DNA from: an uncultured Candidatus Saccharibacteria bacterium
GTDB lineage: Bacteria; Patescibacteriota; Saccharimonadia; Saccharimonadales; AWTP1-31
Direction: 5' to 3'
Assembly: GCA_964409615.1 (NCBI GenBank)
Contig: CAYPDT010000003.1
Coordinates: 24,576-88,575, forward strand
DNA length: 64,000 nt
Each line of letters starts with the position of its first letter. Positions within the stretch are counted from its first letter, which is position 1. The translations under genes were made by a program, and so were the position numbers. Positions 29,947 to 39,062 of this stretch are shown piece by piece. The notes beneath the pieces were generated by a model. The model made no database searches. It saw only the letters and a list, made by a program, of their open reading frames with translations, and was not told the DNA's origin.

Positions 29947-29984
29947 TCGTTATTCCAGAGGTGACAAGCAGACAGAGGATAACC

Positions 29985-29990
29985 TATACT
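29985..29990 (+). promoter_or_regulatory. -10-like TATACT 7 nt upstream of the prfB ATG
   Basis: The sequence reads aaccTATACTtagcctaATG, with no SD within 15 nt. Confidence 0.4.
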
Positions 29991-29997
29991 TAGCCTA

Positions 29998-31083
29998 ATG
30001 GATGATCTTACCAAGCGGATTACTTTAGTAAAGAAAGAGTACGACGTAGCTGTCGAGCGTTTGCGTATTGCCGAACTGAAGCATGAGCTTGAAGCTGTTA
30101 CTGAACAGACACAGAATGCCGACTTCTGGAGCGATAATCGTGTTGCACAGGAAGTTATGAAAAAGCAATCGAACTTACAGTCTCGGATAGACCCGTGGCA
30201 AAAGCTAGGGCAAGAAATAAACGATGTATTAGAGCTTGTCACGCTTGAGGACTCAAGTTTAGAAAAAGATTTACTTCTTCAAACTGATTCGATTGTATCG
30301 ACATTCAACGAGCTTAAAGAAGAGCTGAAGTTTAGCGGCCCGTATGATGACCACGACGCCATACTTACTTTATCGGCTGGGGCAGGCGGTACGGATGCCC
30401 AAGACTGGACTGCCATGTTGCTCCGGATGTACACCAGATGGGCAGAGGCCGAAAATTTTAGCGTGTCCCTTGTTGAAGAGTCTGCAGGTGAAGAAGCGGG
30501 TTTGAAGCGGGCTACACTTGAAATATTAGGAAATTTTGCTTTTGGGAAGCTTCTATCAGAAGCTGGAGTTCACAGACTAGTTCGGCTTAGCCCCTTTAAC
30601 TCAGATAGTTTACGACAGACTAGCTTTGCTAAGGTTGAGGTACTGCCTAAGATAGATAGTCCCTCTGAACTAGAGATAGACAGTAAAGACCTTAAAATTG
30701 ATGTCTACCGGGCTGGTGGTCATGGTGGCCAAAGTGTTAATACCACCGATTCTGCTGTGCGTATCACGCATCTACCAACAGGAGTTACAGTTGCTATTCA
30801 GAATGAACGTTCACAGCTGCAGAATAAAGAAGTCGCTATGACTATCTTGCGGTCACGGCTCGCAGTCATGCAGTTACAACAGCATAAAGAACAATTGAGT
30901 GAACTTAAAGGGCCAAACCAGTCAGCGGAGTGGGGTAATCAAATTAGGAGCTACGTACTACACCCATATAAGCAAGTCAAAGATCTTCGCACACAGTACG
31001 AAACAAGTGACGCGGAAGGTGTTTTAGACGGCAAACTACAGCCTTTTATTGATGCATATCTAGAACAAAATATCGGTTCTTAA
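29998..31083 (+). CDS. prfB: Peptide chain release factor 2, encoded in one continuous frame
   Basis: SPF (VRLSPFNSD) and GGQ ([24 protein letters not shown]) are present. The N-terminal 25 aa are in frame, so no programmed +1 frameshift is needed. Confidence 0.95.
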   Translation: MDDLTKRITLVKKEYDVAVERLRIAELKHELEAVTEQTQNADFWSDNRVAQEVMKKQSNLQSRIDPWQKLGQEINDVLELVTLEDSSLEKDLLLQTDSIVSTFNELKEELKFSGPYDDHDAILTLSAGAGGTDAQDWTAMLLRMYTRWAEAENFSVSLVEESAGEEAGLKRATLEILGNFAFGKLLSEAGVHRLVRLSPFNSDSLRQTSFAKVEVLPKIDSPSELEIDSKDLKIDVYRAGGHGGQSVNTTDSAVRITHLPTGVTVAIQNERSQLQNKEVAMTILRSRLAVMQLQQHKEQLSELKGPNQSAEWGNQIRSYVLHPYKQVKDLRTQYETSDAEGVLDGKLQPFIDAYLEQNIGS

Positions 31084-31119
31084 CCCATTACCACGAGCAG
31101 TTTGGTATAATGGGAAGAC

Positions 31120-31800
31120 ATGATTTTATTGGACAGGGTAACTAAGAAATATAATCGGTACGGACCAGCACTTGAGCGGATTAGTCTCCATGTTGAACCA
31201 AAAGAGTTTGTAATTATTGTCGGTCCCAGTGGAGCGGGGAAATCAACGCTACTTAAGTTACTCACCCGAGAAGAGAAACCAACGAGTGGCAAGATTATTG
31301 TCGGGGGAATCGATTACGAGACGCTCCGTGATAAAGAAATCCCTTTGCTGCGTAGGAAAATCGGTGTTGTGTTCCAGGATTTCAAGCTATTACCCAACAA
31401 GACAGTTTTTGAAAATGTCGCCTTTGCCCTTGAAATTGTAGGTATGGGGAATAAAGAAATTGCTCATACTGTACCGCGCGTTCTGGATATCGTGGGATTA
31501 AAAAATAAAGAAAAACGAATGCCCCGCGAGCTATCGGGCGGGGAAAGACAGCGTGTTGCAATCGCCCGGGCGATTGTTCGGCAGCCCCGTATACTTATTG
31601 CTGATGAGCCGACTGGTAATCTTGATCCCAAGCACGCATGGGATGTGATTCGGGTTCTAGAAAAGATTAATCGCTTTGGTACAACCGTCTTACTGACCAC
31701 TCACAACCAGGAAATTGTTAACAAGCTCAAACGGCGAGTTATTACAATGCAAGATGGTAATATCGTTAGCGACAGAGCTAATGCGGAGTATCATTCGTGA
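31120..31800 (+). CDS. ftsE: Cell-division ABC ATPase FtsE
   Basis: GPSGAGKSTLLKLL, LSGGERQRVAIARA and ILIADEPTGNLD are present. TATAAT lies 8 nt upstream. Confidence 0.9.
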   Translation: MILLDRVTKKYNRYGPALERISLHVEPKEFVIIVGPSGAGKSTLLKLLTREEKPTSGKIIVGGIDYETLRDKEIPLLRRKIGVVFQDFKLLPNKTVFENVAFALEIVGMGNKEIAHTVPRVLDIVGLKNKEKRMPRELSGGERQRVAIARAIVRQPRILIADEPTGNLDPKHAWDVIRVLEKINRFGTTVLLTTHNQEIVNKLKRRVITMQDGNIVSDRANAEYHS

Positions 31801-32747
31801 ACGTGCGTCGCAGTTTCATTATGTTCCGTAGAATTGTACGCACCGGTGTACTAAATTTCGTACGTAATGCCTGGCTTGGTATCGCTGCCATTGCAGTAAT
31901 GGTAATAACGCTGACTATTATCTTATTTTCGATTATTGCTAATGCAACTTTCTCTAACACCGTCCAAACCATTACCGACAAGATAGATATCTCGGTCTAC
32001 CTAAAAGATAGCGTCACCCCAAAAGAACGAGACACCTTAATAGAGCAGCTAAAAACGTTGGATAATGTGAAGTCGGTATCTTTTGTTACAAAAGAAGAGG
32101 CTTTAAAAAAATACCGTGAGCAAAACAAGGACAATCAAGAGTTACTCGATGCAATCTCTCAGACGGATAACCCCTTATCTGTTAGTCTACAAATTAAACC
32201 AAGAGACCCAAATAAGATTGAGGACATCAAGGCATTTCTAGAAAAGAAAGAAATAAAAAATCAACAATCCGATGAAACTTCTTACTCGGGTGATCGCAAA
32301 GAAGCGATTGATAAAATAACCAGTGCCACGAGCTTCTTTCGGCGGGCAGGTGTAGCTGGAGTGATTGTCTTTGCAGTTATTTCAATGCTAATTATCTTCA
32401 ATACTATTCAGATGGCTATTTTTAACCGTCGTGACGAACTGACAATTATGCGACTACTTGGGGCCAGTACCAATTTTATTCGAGGTCCATTTATCGTTGA
32501 AAGTATTATGTACGGATTGGTTTCGGGAATACTATCAATCGCTATTGTCCGAACAATATTTTCGATATCAGCCAAAACCTTCGAAGCAAGTAGCTTAGGC
32601 TTGCTCGATATTAACTTCTCAAACCAATACTTTAGTAGTCATTTTTGGGCATTTGTAGGGTTACAGCTGTGTGCCGGAATACTTATTGGTGCAATGTCGT
32701 CGCTGATTGCGACAAGACGGTACCTGAAATTCAAGACCAGCAGGTAG
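31797..32747 (+). CDS. ftsX: Cell-division permease-like protein FtsX
   Basis: GTG start overlapping the ftsE stop. An N-terminal TM helix, an extracellular domain and a 3-TM FtsX domain (MRLLGASTNFIRGPF) are present. Confidence 0.85.
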   Translation: MNVRRSFIMFRRIVRTGVLNFVRNAWLGIAAIAVMVITLTIILFSIIANATFSNTVQTITDKIDISVYLKDSVTPKERDTLIEQLKTLDNVKSVSFVTKEEALKKYREQNKDNQELLDAISQTDNPLSVSLQIKPRDPNKIEDIKAFLEKKEIKNQQSDETSYSGDRKEAIDKITSATSFFRRAGVAGVIVFAVISMLIIFNTIQMAIFNRRDELTIMRLLGASTNFIRGPFIVESIMYGLVSGILSIAIVRTIFSISAKTFEASSLGLLDINFSNQYFSSHFWAFVGLQLCAGILIGAMSSLIATRRYLKFKTSR

Positions 32748-32778
32748 GGCAATCTTGAAAAGTCTAGTCAGGAGTGGT

Positions 32779-33930
32779 ATGATAATAGTGGTTATGATAA
32801 AACAAAAACTCCAAAAAATAATAAAATCACGACCAGTTCTTGTAACGGCCTTGCTAGTACTTGTTATGGTATTGGGTCTGGGGACTATTCCTCATTACCG
32901 GACGCAAGCGTTATCAATACAAGAGCAAATTGCAGCTTTAGAGCGTGAGAACGCCGCTAACAAGCGGGCAGTTAACGACTTACGGAATCAGGCAACAAGT
33001 TACCAAGATGCCATAAATAAGCTACAAGCGCAGATTGATACATTACAAGCGCAGATTAATGCTAACACTGCTGAGCAACAACGCTTACAGGGTGAAATAA
33101 CGGCTGCCGAGTTAGAACTTGCCAAACAGAAAAAAGTTTTAGGCGAAAACATTAAGACTATGTACCTAGAAGGCCAGATTAGTACTCTCGAGATGTTGGC
33201 CTCTAGCAAAAACTTGAGCGACTTTGTAGATAAGCAGCAGTACCGAAACTCGGTGCAAAGCAAAATCAAGACAACACTAGAAAAAATTACGACTCTTAAA
33301 TTTGAACTGACAGCAAAAAAAGAGAGTGTCGAGAAGCTCCTGAAAGAACAGCAGGGTCAGCAGGATCAACTTTCGGGGAGTCGAACCGAGCAGGCAAATT
33401 TGCTAGCTTACAACGAGAGTCAGCAGGCTGACTTTAACTCAAAAACTAAGGATAACCAAAGCAAGATAGATGCCCTAATTGCTTCACAGCGACAAGCTAA
33501 CTTTAGCCCTGACGGCGGCTACTATTTCTTGCGTTTCCCAGGTGCTGTTAACGGCTTTAACCCCGATAACTATCCATACCGTAATGCGGGATTTGGAATG
33601 AGTCCAGGGCCAGGTTGTGTCGATAATGATGGTCCGGATGCTTGGGGCTATTGCACTCGACAGTGTGTTTCGTATACTGCCTGGGCTGTCTTGGCTTCGG
33701 GTCGTACTCCACCAATGTATTATGGCAATGCGCGAGATTGGGTGTCTGCTGCTTACTCTCGTGGAATCACCGTTTCACGCTCACCAGAGCCCGGCGATGT
33801 TGCTATTAGTACTGCCGGCTACTGGGGTCATGCAATGTATGTTGAATCTGTTTCTGGCAATACCTTTACCACTACCGAATACAACACGTACCTAACCGGT
33901 ACATTGAGCCGACAAACCAGATCCTTTTAA
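32779..33930 (+). CDS. PcsB-like secreted peptidoglycan hydrolase: signal anchor, long coiled coil and C-terminal CHAP domain
   Basis: About 200 aa are heptad-rich and Q/L/K/E-rich. The CHAP domain follows, with Cys in TRQCVSYTAWAV and His in GHAMYVESV. AGGAG lies before ATG 32779. The ORF extends to 32755. Confidence 0.75.
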   Translation: MIIVVMIKQKLQKIIKSRPVLVTALLVLVMVLGLGTIPHYRTQALSIQEQIAALERENAANKRAVNDLRNQATSYQDAINKLQAQIDTLQAQINANTAEQQRLQGEITAAELELAKQKKVLGENIKTMYLEGQISTLEMLASSKNLSDFVDKQQYRNSVQSKIKTTLEKITTLKFELTAKKESVEKLLKEQQGQQDQLSGSRTEQANLLAYNESQQADFNSKTKDNQSKIDALIASQRQANFSPDGGYYFLRFPGAVNGFNPDNYPYRNAGFGMSPGPGCVDNDGPDAWGYCTRQCVSYTAWAVLASGRTPPMYYGNARDWVSAAYSRGITVSRSPEPGDVAISTAGYWGHAMYVESVSGNTFTTTEYNTYLTGTLSRQTRSF

Positions 33931-33995
33931 CAAAAGACAAGCGTAATCAGGTAACGGTCGTGTACAATAAGAGTTGCTAACTTTTAGGAGGGTGT

Positions 33996-35219
33996 GTGTC
34001 AAAAAACAGTCCAGTAGAGACGCCGGTTGTAAAGCAGAGAGAATTCAGTACGAGGCAGAAATTAGCGGCACTCTTACTCGCGGGGCTTGTTTTTCTAGCA
34101 GGTTTTCAGACGGGGCAGGGAGGCTTCAGGTTACTTGGTAGTGGCTTGAAGACGACTCAGAAGAATCTGCCGGTGAATCTTGATTATACAAGTGTAGAAC
34201 AGGTATATGATGAGCTGCGGGCAAACTACGATGGAAAGCTCGACGTTAATAAGCTCATGGATGGCCTCAAGCAGGGCCTGGTTGCTGCGAGCGGCGACCC
34301 ATATACAGAATATATGAGCCCTGAAAAAGCCAAAGAATTTCAGAGTCAGCTCGACGGGTCATTCGAGGGTATCGGTGCACAGCTTGGCAAGAACGATGCT
34401 GGCAATGTCATTATAGTCTCCCCAATCGATGGTTTTCCGGCTAAAAAGGCTGGTCTACTGCCAAACGATGTGATTGCCCAGGTTGACGGCAAAGATACCA
34501 CAGGTTGGACAGTTGATGAGGCACGGGATAAAATCCGGGGGCCTAAAGGCACCGTAGTCAAGCTTCGTATTATCCGAGGCGGTAACGAGGATTTATCATT
34601 CGACATAACCCGAGCACAGATTGATATACCAAGCGTAGAATCGAAGGTGCTAGATGGCGGTATTGGGTATATAAAAATATCGCAGTTTGGCGATGATACA
34701 TCTAAGCTCACGCAAGAAGCTGCAAATAATCTAAAGAACCAGAATATTAAGAGTGTGATTCTTGACCTTCGAGGTAACCCCGGCGGTTATCTCAACTCGG
34801 CGGTTGATGTCTCGAGCCTATGGCTCAACAATAAGACTGTACTTGAAGAGAAGCGTGACAATGTCACCATAAAGACCTATAAGTCTCAAGGCGAGGCAGT
34901 CTTGGCTGGGCTACCGACGGTCGTACTAATAGACGGGGGCAGTGCCAGCGCTAGCGAGATTACGGCAGGAGCACTGCATGACAACGGGGTTGCATCACTT
35001 GTTGGAGTTAAGAGCTTCGGTAAGGGTAGTGTACAGCAACCAGAGACACTCAAGAATGGTGGGCTGCTCAAAGTGACTATTGCTCGTTGGTTTACTCCAA
35101 AAGGTAAGAATATCGACAAAGAAGGTATTACTCCAGACCTAAAGGTTGGGCGAAGTGCCGACGATGCCAAGAATAACCGTGACCCACAGCTGGATGCTGC
35201 CATAAAGCGTTTGCAGTAA
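33996..35219 (+). CDS. S41 C-terminal processing (tail-specific) peptidase with PDZ domain
   Basis: GTG start after AGGAGGG. A PDZ domain (GFPAKKAGLLPNDVIAQVDG), LDLRGNPGG, GGSASASEI (Ser) and SFGKGSVQ (Lys) are present. Confidence 0.9.
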   Translation: MSKNSPVETPVVKQREFSTRQKLAALLLAGLVFLAGFQTGQGGFRLLGSGLKTTQKNLPVNLDYTSVEQVYDELRANYDGKLDVNKLMDGLKQGLVAASGDPYTEYMSPEKAKEFQSQLDGSFEGIGAQLGKNDAGNVIIVSPIDGFPAKKAGLLPNDVIAQVDGKDTTGWTVDEARDKIRGPKGTVVKLRIIRGGNEDLSFDITRAQIDIPSVESKVLDGGIGYIKISQFGDDTSKLTQEAANNLKNQNIKSVILDLRGNPGGYLNSAVDVSSLWLNNKTVLEEKRDNVTIKTYKSQGEAVLAGLPTVVLIDGGSASASEITAGALHDNGVASLVGVKSFGKGSVQQPETLKNGGLLKVTIARWFTPKGKNIDKEGITPDLKVGRSADDAKNNRDPQLDAAIKRLQ

Positions 35220-35288
35220 AAAATAACTTTGCAATTGTCGTAAGTGGAATAATCTGGTAGACTCGTTAGGTATAAAAAAGGGGGATGT

Positions 35289-36890
35289 GTGTTGGCTAAG
35301 CAGCCTAAGTATATCTTTGTTACAGGTGGAGTGCTTTCCGGTCTCGGAAAGGGTATTACCGCCGCCTCAATCGGCAATATACTTCAAGCCCGCGGTCTTA
35401 GTGTCAACATTCAGAAACTCGATCCTTATCTCAACGTCGACGCTGGAACACTGAATCCGGCAGAGCACGGCGAGTGTTTTGTTACGCATGATGGTGCTGA
35501 AACTGATTTAGATTTAGGACATTACGAGCGTTTCCTGAACATCCAACTGACCAATAAAAGTTCTATTATGAGTGGCCGTATCCTTCGACAGCTTATTGAA
35601 GACGAGCGGGCTGGTAAGTTTCTTGGTAAGACGGTCCAGGTAGTACCACACTTTACTGGTGAGATTATGAAAGCAGTCGAAGCTGCAGCCGATGGTTTTG
35701 ATGTGCATATTGTTGAAATTGGTGGCACGGTTGGCGACTACGAAAGTCCTGCATTCTTCGAGGCAATTCGTGAGCTGGGTTACAAAGTTGGTTCCGAAAA
35801 TAGTCTATTTGTGCAGGTTGTATATATGCCATACCTATCAACTAGCAAAGAGATTAAGACTAAGCCGGCACAAAATGCGGCACGAGACTTACGCAGCATG
35901 GGCATTGTACCTAATGTACTAGTTGCTCGAAGTGAAGTACCAACAAATGGCAATACACGGGCTAAGTTGAGTGCTTTTTGTGGCGTACCTGAGGCAGGTG
36001 TAGCAATTTTGCCAAATGCAAAAACAGTATACGAAGTACCTCTAACACTTGAAGAGCAAGGTATTGGTAATTTTATTGTCGAGCGGCTTGGCCTTACCGT
36101 ACACGAGCCAAAACTTGATGACTGGAAGACCCTTGTAGAAAGTATCTTAGTTGATAAAAAGACAAAACTACGTATCGGTGTTGTGGCAAAATATATGGAC
36201 AACCAGGATACGTACATGTCAGTCTTTGAAGCGCTGCGTGCGGCTTCGTGGTCACACAAGGTTGCTTTGGATATCGAATGGGTAGATGCAGAGAAATTAA
36301 CGGATAGTAATGCTGCTCAGATGCTCGAAGGGCTTAATGGTATCGTTGTCCCTGGTGGTTTCGGTACACGAGGAGTAGAAGGCAAGATTAGTGCCGCTCG
36401 CTATGCTCTGAAGAGTAATTTGCCATATCTCGGACTGTGTTTAGGCATGCAGGTAGGAGTTATCGCCGCAGCACGTAACGCTGGATTAACAAACGCCAGC
36501 TCGGAAGAACTAGACCCTAAAGGCTCCGATTTAGTCATTGCTACTATGAATGATCAAAAAGGTAAAGAGAATACTGGTGGCACAATGCGGCTTGGGGATT
36601 ACCCTTGCGTAATCACAAAAGACAGTCTGTCGGCAAAGCTCTATGGCACGACAACTATTACCGAACGACATCGACACCGCTATGAAGCCAACAATGCATA
36701 TGTAGACCAGTATGAAGCTTGGGGCATTAAGCCAGTCGGAAAATCACCAGATGGAAACCTGGTTGAAATGATTGAAGCAATTAACCACCCATTTTTTGTA
36801 GCAAGTCAGTTCCATCCTGAATTTCTTTCACGACCAAACGTGCCACACCCTATGTTCGTAGGCTTCATCGAGAGCCTTATTGCATCGTAG
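35289..36890 (+). CDS. pyrG: CTP synthase
   Basis: KYIFVTGGVLSGLGKGITAASIG, the GATase Cys in LGLCLGMQ and QFHPEF are present. The start is GTG 35289 or TTG 35292. Confidence 0.95.
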   Translation: MLAKQPKYIFVTGGVLSGLGKGITAASIGNILQARGLSVNIQKLDPYLNVDAGTLNPAEHGECFVTHDGAETDLDLGHYERFLNIQLTNKSSIMSGRILRQLIEDERAGKFLGKTVQVVPHFTGEIMKAVEAAADGFDVHIVEIGGTVGDYESPAFFEAIRELGYKVGSENSLFVQVVYMPYLSTSKEIKTKPAQNAARDLRSMGIVPNVLVARSEVPTNGNTRAKLSAFCGVPEAGVAILPNAKTVYEVPLTLEEQGIGNFIVERLGLTVHEPKLDDWKTLVESILVDKKTKLRIGVVAKYMDNQDTYMSVFEALRAASWSHKVALDIEWVDAEKLTDSNAAQMLEGLNGIVVPGGFGTRGVEGKISAARYALKSNLPYLGLCLGMQVGVIAAARNAGLTNASSEELDPKGSDLVIATMNDQKGKENTGGTMRLGDYPCVITKDSLSAKLYGTTTITERHRHRYEANNAYVDQYEAWGIKPVGKSPDGNLVEMIEAINHPFFVASQFHPEFLSRPNVPHPMFVGFIESLIAS

Positions 36891-36939
36891 CAGTCTATAG
36901 TAGTTGCCAAGGTCACGGTAATATATTAGTATAAGCACT

Positions 36940-37344
36940 ATGGATGAACCAATAACTAATACAGCGCCAACAAAACAGTATAAGATTCTTCTCGTTGAAG
37001 ATGACGATGCACTAGCAAGTGTTTATCAGACACGTCTGCAAGCAGAAGGCTTCGATGTAAAGCGCGTGCCCAATGGGGAAGATGCCCTTGCTGGTGCCCT
37101 AGAGTACAAGCCAGACTTAATTGTATTAGATGTCATGATGCCTAAGGTCAGTGGGTTTGATGTGCTCGACATACTTCGAAATACACCAGAGACAGCTAAA
37201 GTAAAAGTCGTCATGCTAACAGCCTTGAGCCAAGATAGCGACAAAGAACGCGCCCAGAAGCTTGGTGCAGATGACTACTTAGTAAAATCGCAAGTTGTTA
37301 TTGCGGATGTTGTAGAGCGAATCAAGCATCACCTAACAGCATAG
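36940..37344 (+). CDS. Stand-alone response-regulator receiver domain (CheY-like), canonical
   Basis: LLVEDDD, LIVLDVMMP (phospho-Asp), VVMLTAL (Thr) and DYLVKS (Lys) are present. Confidence 0.9.
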   Translation: MDEPITNTAPTKQYKILLVEDDDALASVYQTRLQAEGFDVKRVPNGEDALAGALEYKPDLIVLDVMMPKVSGFDVLDILRNTPETAKVKVVMLTALSQDSDKERAQKLGADDYLVKSQVVIADVVERIKHHLTA

Positions 37345-37353
37345 CCATAGCCT

Positions 37354-37388
37354 AAAAAGCAATACCGTAAAACGTTATTGCTTTTTTT
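37354..37388 (+). terminator. Rho-independent terminator after the receiver gene
   Basis: AAAAAGCAATA...TATTGCTTTTTTT forms a GCAATA/TATTGC core stem flanked by A and T tracts. Confidence 0.7.
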
Positions 37389-37442
37389 AGTATTTTGTGT
37401 TAGTATACTGGATACAACTAGCTAAATAAAAACACCAAAAAC

Positions 37443-38693
37443 ATGGCTAATCCAGAAAAACTAACACCCCACGAACCTGTACAAATTGGACCCCTCGATA
37501 GGGTTAGGCTTGGTGGTGATGAAGCTGCAATCTGTGCAGCGTTTGACCTTACCCCAACATATGAAGGAGAAGAGCCATCACCACGTATGATATTGATGGA
37601 TGTTGGTTTTCGTAAAGATGGCAACGGGCAATTCGGGCCTTACGATTTAGATGGCAGTGGCGAAAAACGTACATTTAGCAGCAGTTACGTTATGATGACT
37701 CAGCGCAAAGACAGGGATGGCAATGCTGTTTCATATTTTGCTGAGGTACCCGTGGGTAAACAGATAGAGCTAGGTAGAGAATCTGCCATTGCGCAACAAC
37801 TTGGTTATTCTGAGGACACGACTGTTTCTCGTAGGCACGCTAAATTAACCATTGATGGTGAATGGGGAAATATCACCCTAGAAGACCAGGGTTCTCTGAA
37901 TGGTACTGGTAAGCCTTTGTCACTCGAGCGCGTTTTGCATGCAGACCGCAAGTCGGATTTTGGTTACACTGTTAATATCCGTGAAAACGTAAGCCAGGCT
38001 GGAAAGGGTAGATTCTATCAACCACCCGAAACAGAGAGGGGCTGGGGTCATGGAGTATACGGTGATCGACCCATTATTGCACGTGACACACCTATTAACG
38101 GAGGCGTTTACCCTGTAGGTCACCGTGACGGTGAGGCTTTGGTTATCGATGATGTGAAGTATCCAGCAGCTTACGAAAAACTGTATGGCAAACTTGAAGA
38201 AGTTTTGCGTACTGGAGATATCGCTAAGTTTAGTCTTGGGGCGTTAAAGAGACGAATTGGCGCCGAATACAGTAGTCAGGAAATGGGGGTTGTAAAGGCA
38301 ACGCTCGACTTAGTCATGGACACGCTGCGCTACAGTATCCCCGAGACTGACGCTCTCGCAAGTCGCGGCCAAAAGATTGAGTTATCTATGTATATCCAGA
38401 AAGGTGTTGGAGTGTGTAGAACGCAGGCAGCGCTCTCTGCCTACTTGGTCGAAAGACTGATAAAGAGTGGCAAACTGGATGGTCGTGTTTCTATAGACCG
38501 TAACATGTCCCAGACTATTAATGGTGAAAGGGGCGGTCACGCTTGGGCGCGCTATACATCTGCAAGCGGCCAGGTTTATATAATCGACCCTGCACAGCGT
38601 TTTGCCGGCACTCTTGCCGATGCGCAAAACAATCCACGTTCATGGGATTATCGTAGGACAGAAGACCTCACAAGAGAGTTGATGGTAGCCTAG
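37443..38693 (+). CDS. FHA-domain protein fused to a C-terminal transglutaminase-like (Cys-His-Asp) domain
   Basis: The FHA domain reads VGKQIELGRES...TTVSRRHAKLTIDGEWGNITLEDQGSLNGTG. The TGase-like core reads GVGVCRTQAALSAYL...GGHAWARYT...VYIIDPA. I see no signal peptide. Confidence 0.7.
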   Translation: MANPEKLTPHEPVQIGPLDRVRLGGDEAAICAAFDLTPTYEGEEPSPRMILMDVGFRKDGNGQFGPYDLDGSGEKRTFSSSYVMMTQRKDRDGNAVSYFAEVPVGKQIELGRESAIAQQLGYSEDTTVSRRHAKLTIDGEWGNITLEDQGSLNGTGKPLSLERVLHADRKSDFGYTVNIRENVSQAGKGRFYQPPETERGWGHGVYGDRPIIARDTPINGGVYPVGHRDGEALVIDDVKYPAAYEKLYGKLEEVLRTGDIAKFSLGALKRRIGAEYSSQEMGVVKATLDLVMDTLRYSIPETDALASRGQKIELSMYIQKGVGVCRTQAALSAYLVERLIKSGKLDGRVSIDRNMSQTINGERGGHAWARYTSASGQVYIIDPAQRFAGTLADAQNNPRSWDYRRTEDLTRELMVA

Positions 38694-38704
38694 GAATCGA
38701 ATTA

Positions 38705-38977
38705 TTATTCGACGGTAACTTCGGTGCGGCGGACTGATTTGCCGCTAAAAAGTCGTACTTTTCGAGATTTGAAAGCAACAACACCATCTTTGGCAGCATG
38801 GATTGTAAAGTTTCGGCTCAGCTTAGTACCAACACCAGCACGCTTAGTAAGGCCTACCTGACGAACGATGATGTCGCCGACTTTAACTTTTTCGCCACCG
38901 AAAAGTTTAACACCGAGTCGTTGACCCTGGCTATCTCTGTTGTTTTTACTGGTACCACCAGCTTTAACGTGTGACAT
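38705..38977 (-). CDS. rpmA: 50S ribosomal protein L27
   Basis: MSHVKAGGTSKNNRDSQGQRLGVKLFGGEKVKVGDIIVRQ identifies L27. Confidence 0.95.
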   Translation of the reverse strand: MSHVKAGGTSKNNRDSQGQRLGVKLFGGEKVKVGDIIVRQVGLTKRAGVGTKLSRNFTIHAAKDGVVAFKSRKVRLFSGKSVRRTEVTVE

Positions 38978-39062
38978 ATGAATCCTCTTACCAATCTAAC
39001 TACCAACACCTTATAACTATAAGGAGCAATTGAGACTGGGTTGTTAATAAATTTATATCCTT

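Noticed and set aside
29947-30100. I looked for the programmed +1 frameshift site (CUU UGA C with an upstream SD) usually found early in prfB.
   Set aside because: The RF2 frame is continuous from ATG 29998 through the region homologous to the frameshift site, with no in-frame UGA. The gene is therefore frameshift-independent, as in a minority of bacteria, and this is not a pseudogene.
29778-30242. A 154-aa minus-strand ORF spanning the M16 peptidase end and the prfB start.
   Set aside because: It overlaps two well-supported plus-strand genes and has no independent support.
35220-35292. I considered pyrG leader regulation by reiterative transcription at a GGGG start, as in the Bacillus pyrG attenuator.
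   Set aside because: The G-run (35281-35284) abuts the start codon, and there is no room for a terminator/antiterminator hairpin. The G-run most likely serves as the SD.
35780-36259. A 159-aa minus-strand ORF inside pyrG, and a 163-aa minus-strand ORF at 34886-35377 spanning the S41 peptidase and pyrG junction.
   Set aside because: They are antisense to genes with strong motif support. They have no SD or promoter and a biased Ser/Thr/Pro composition.
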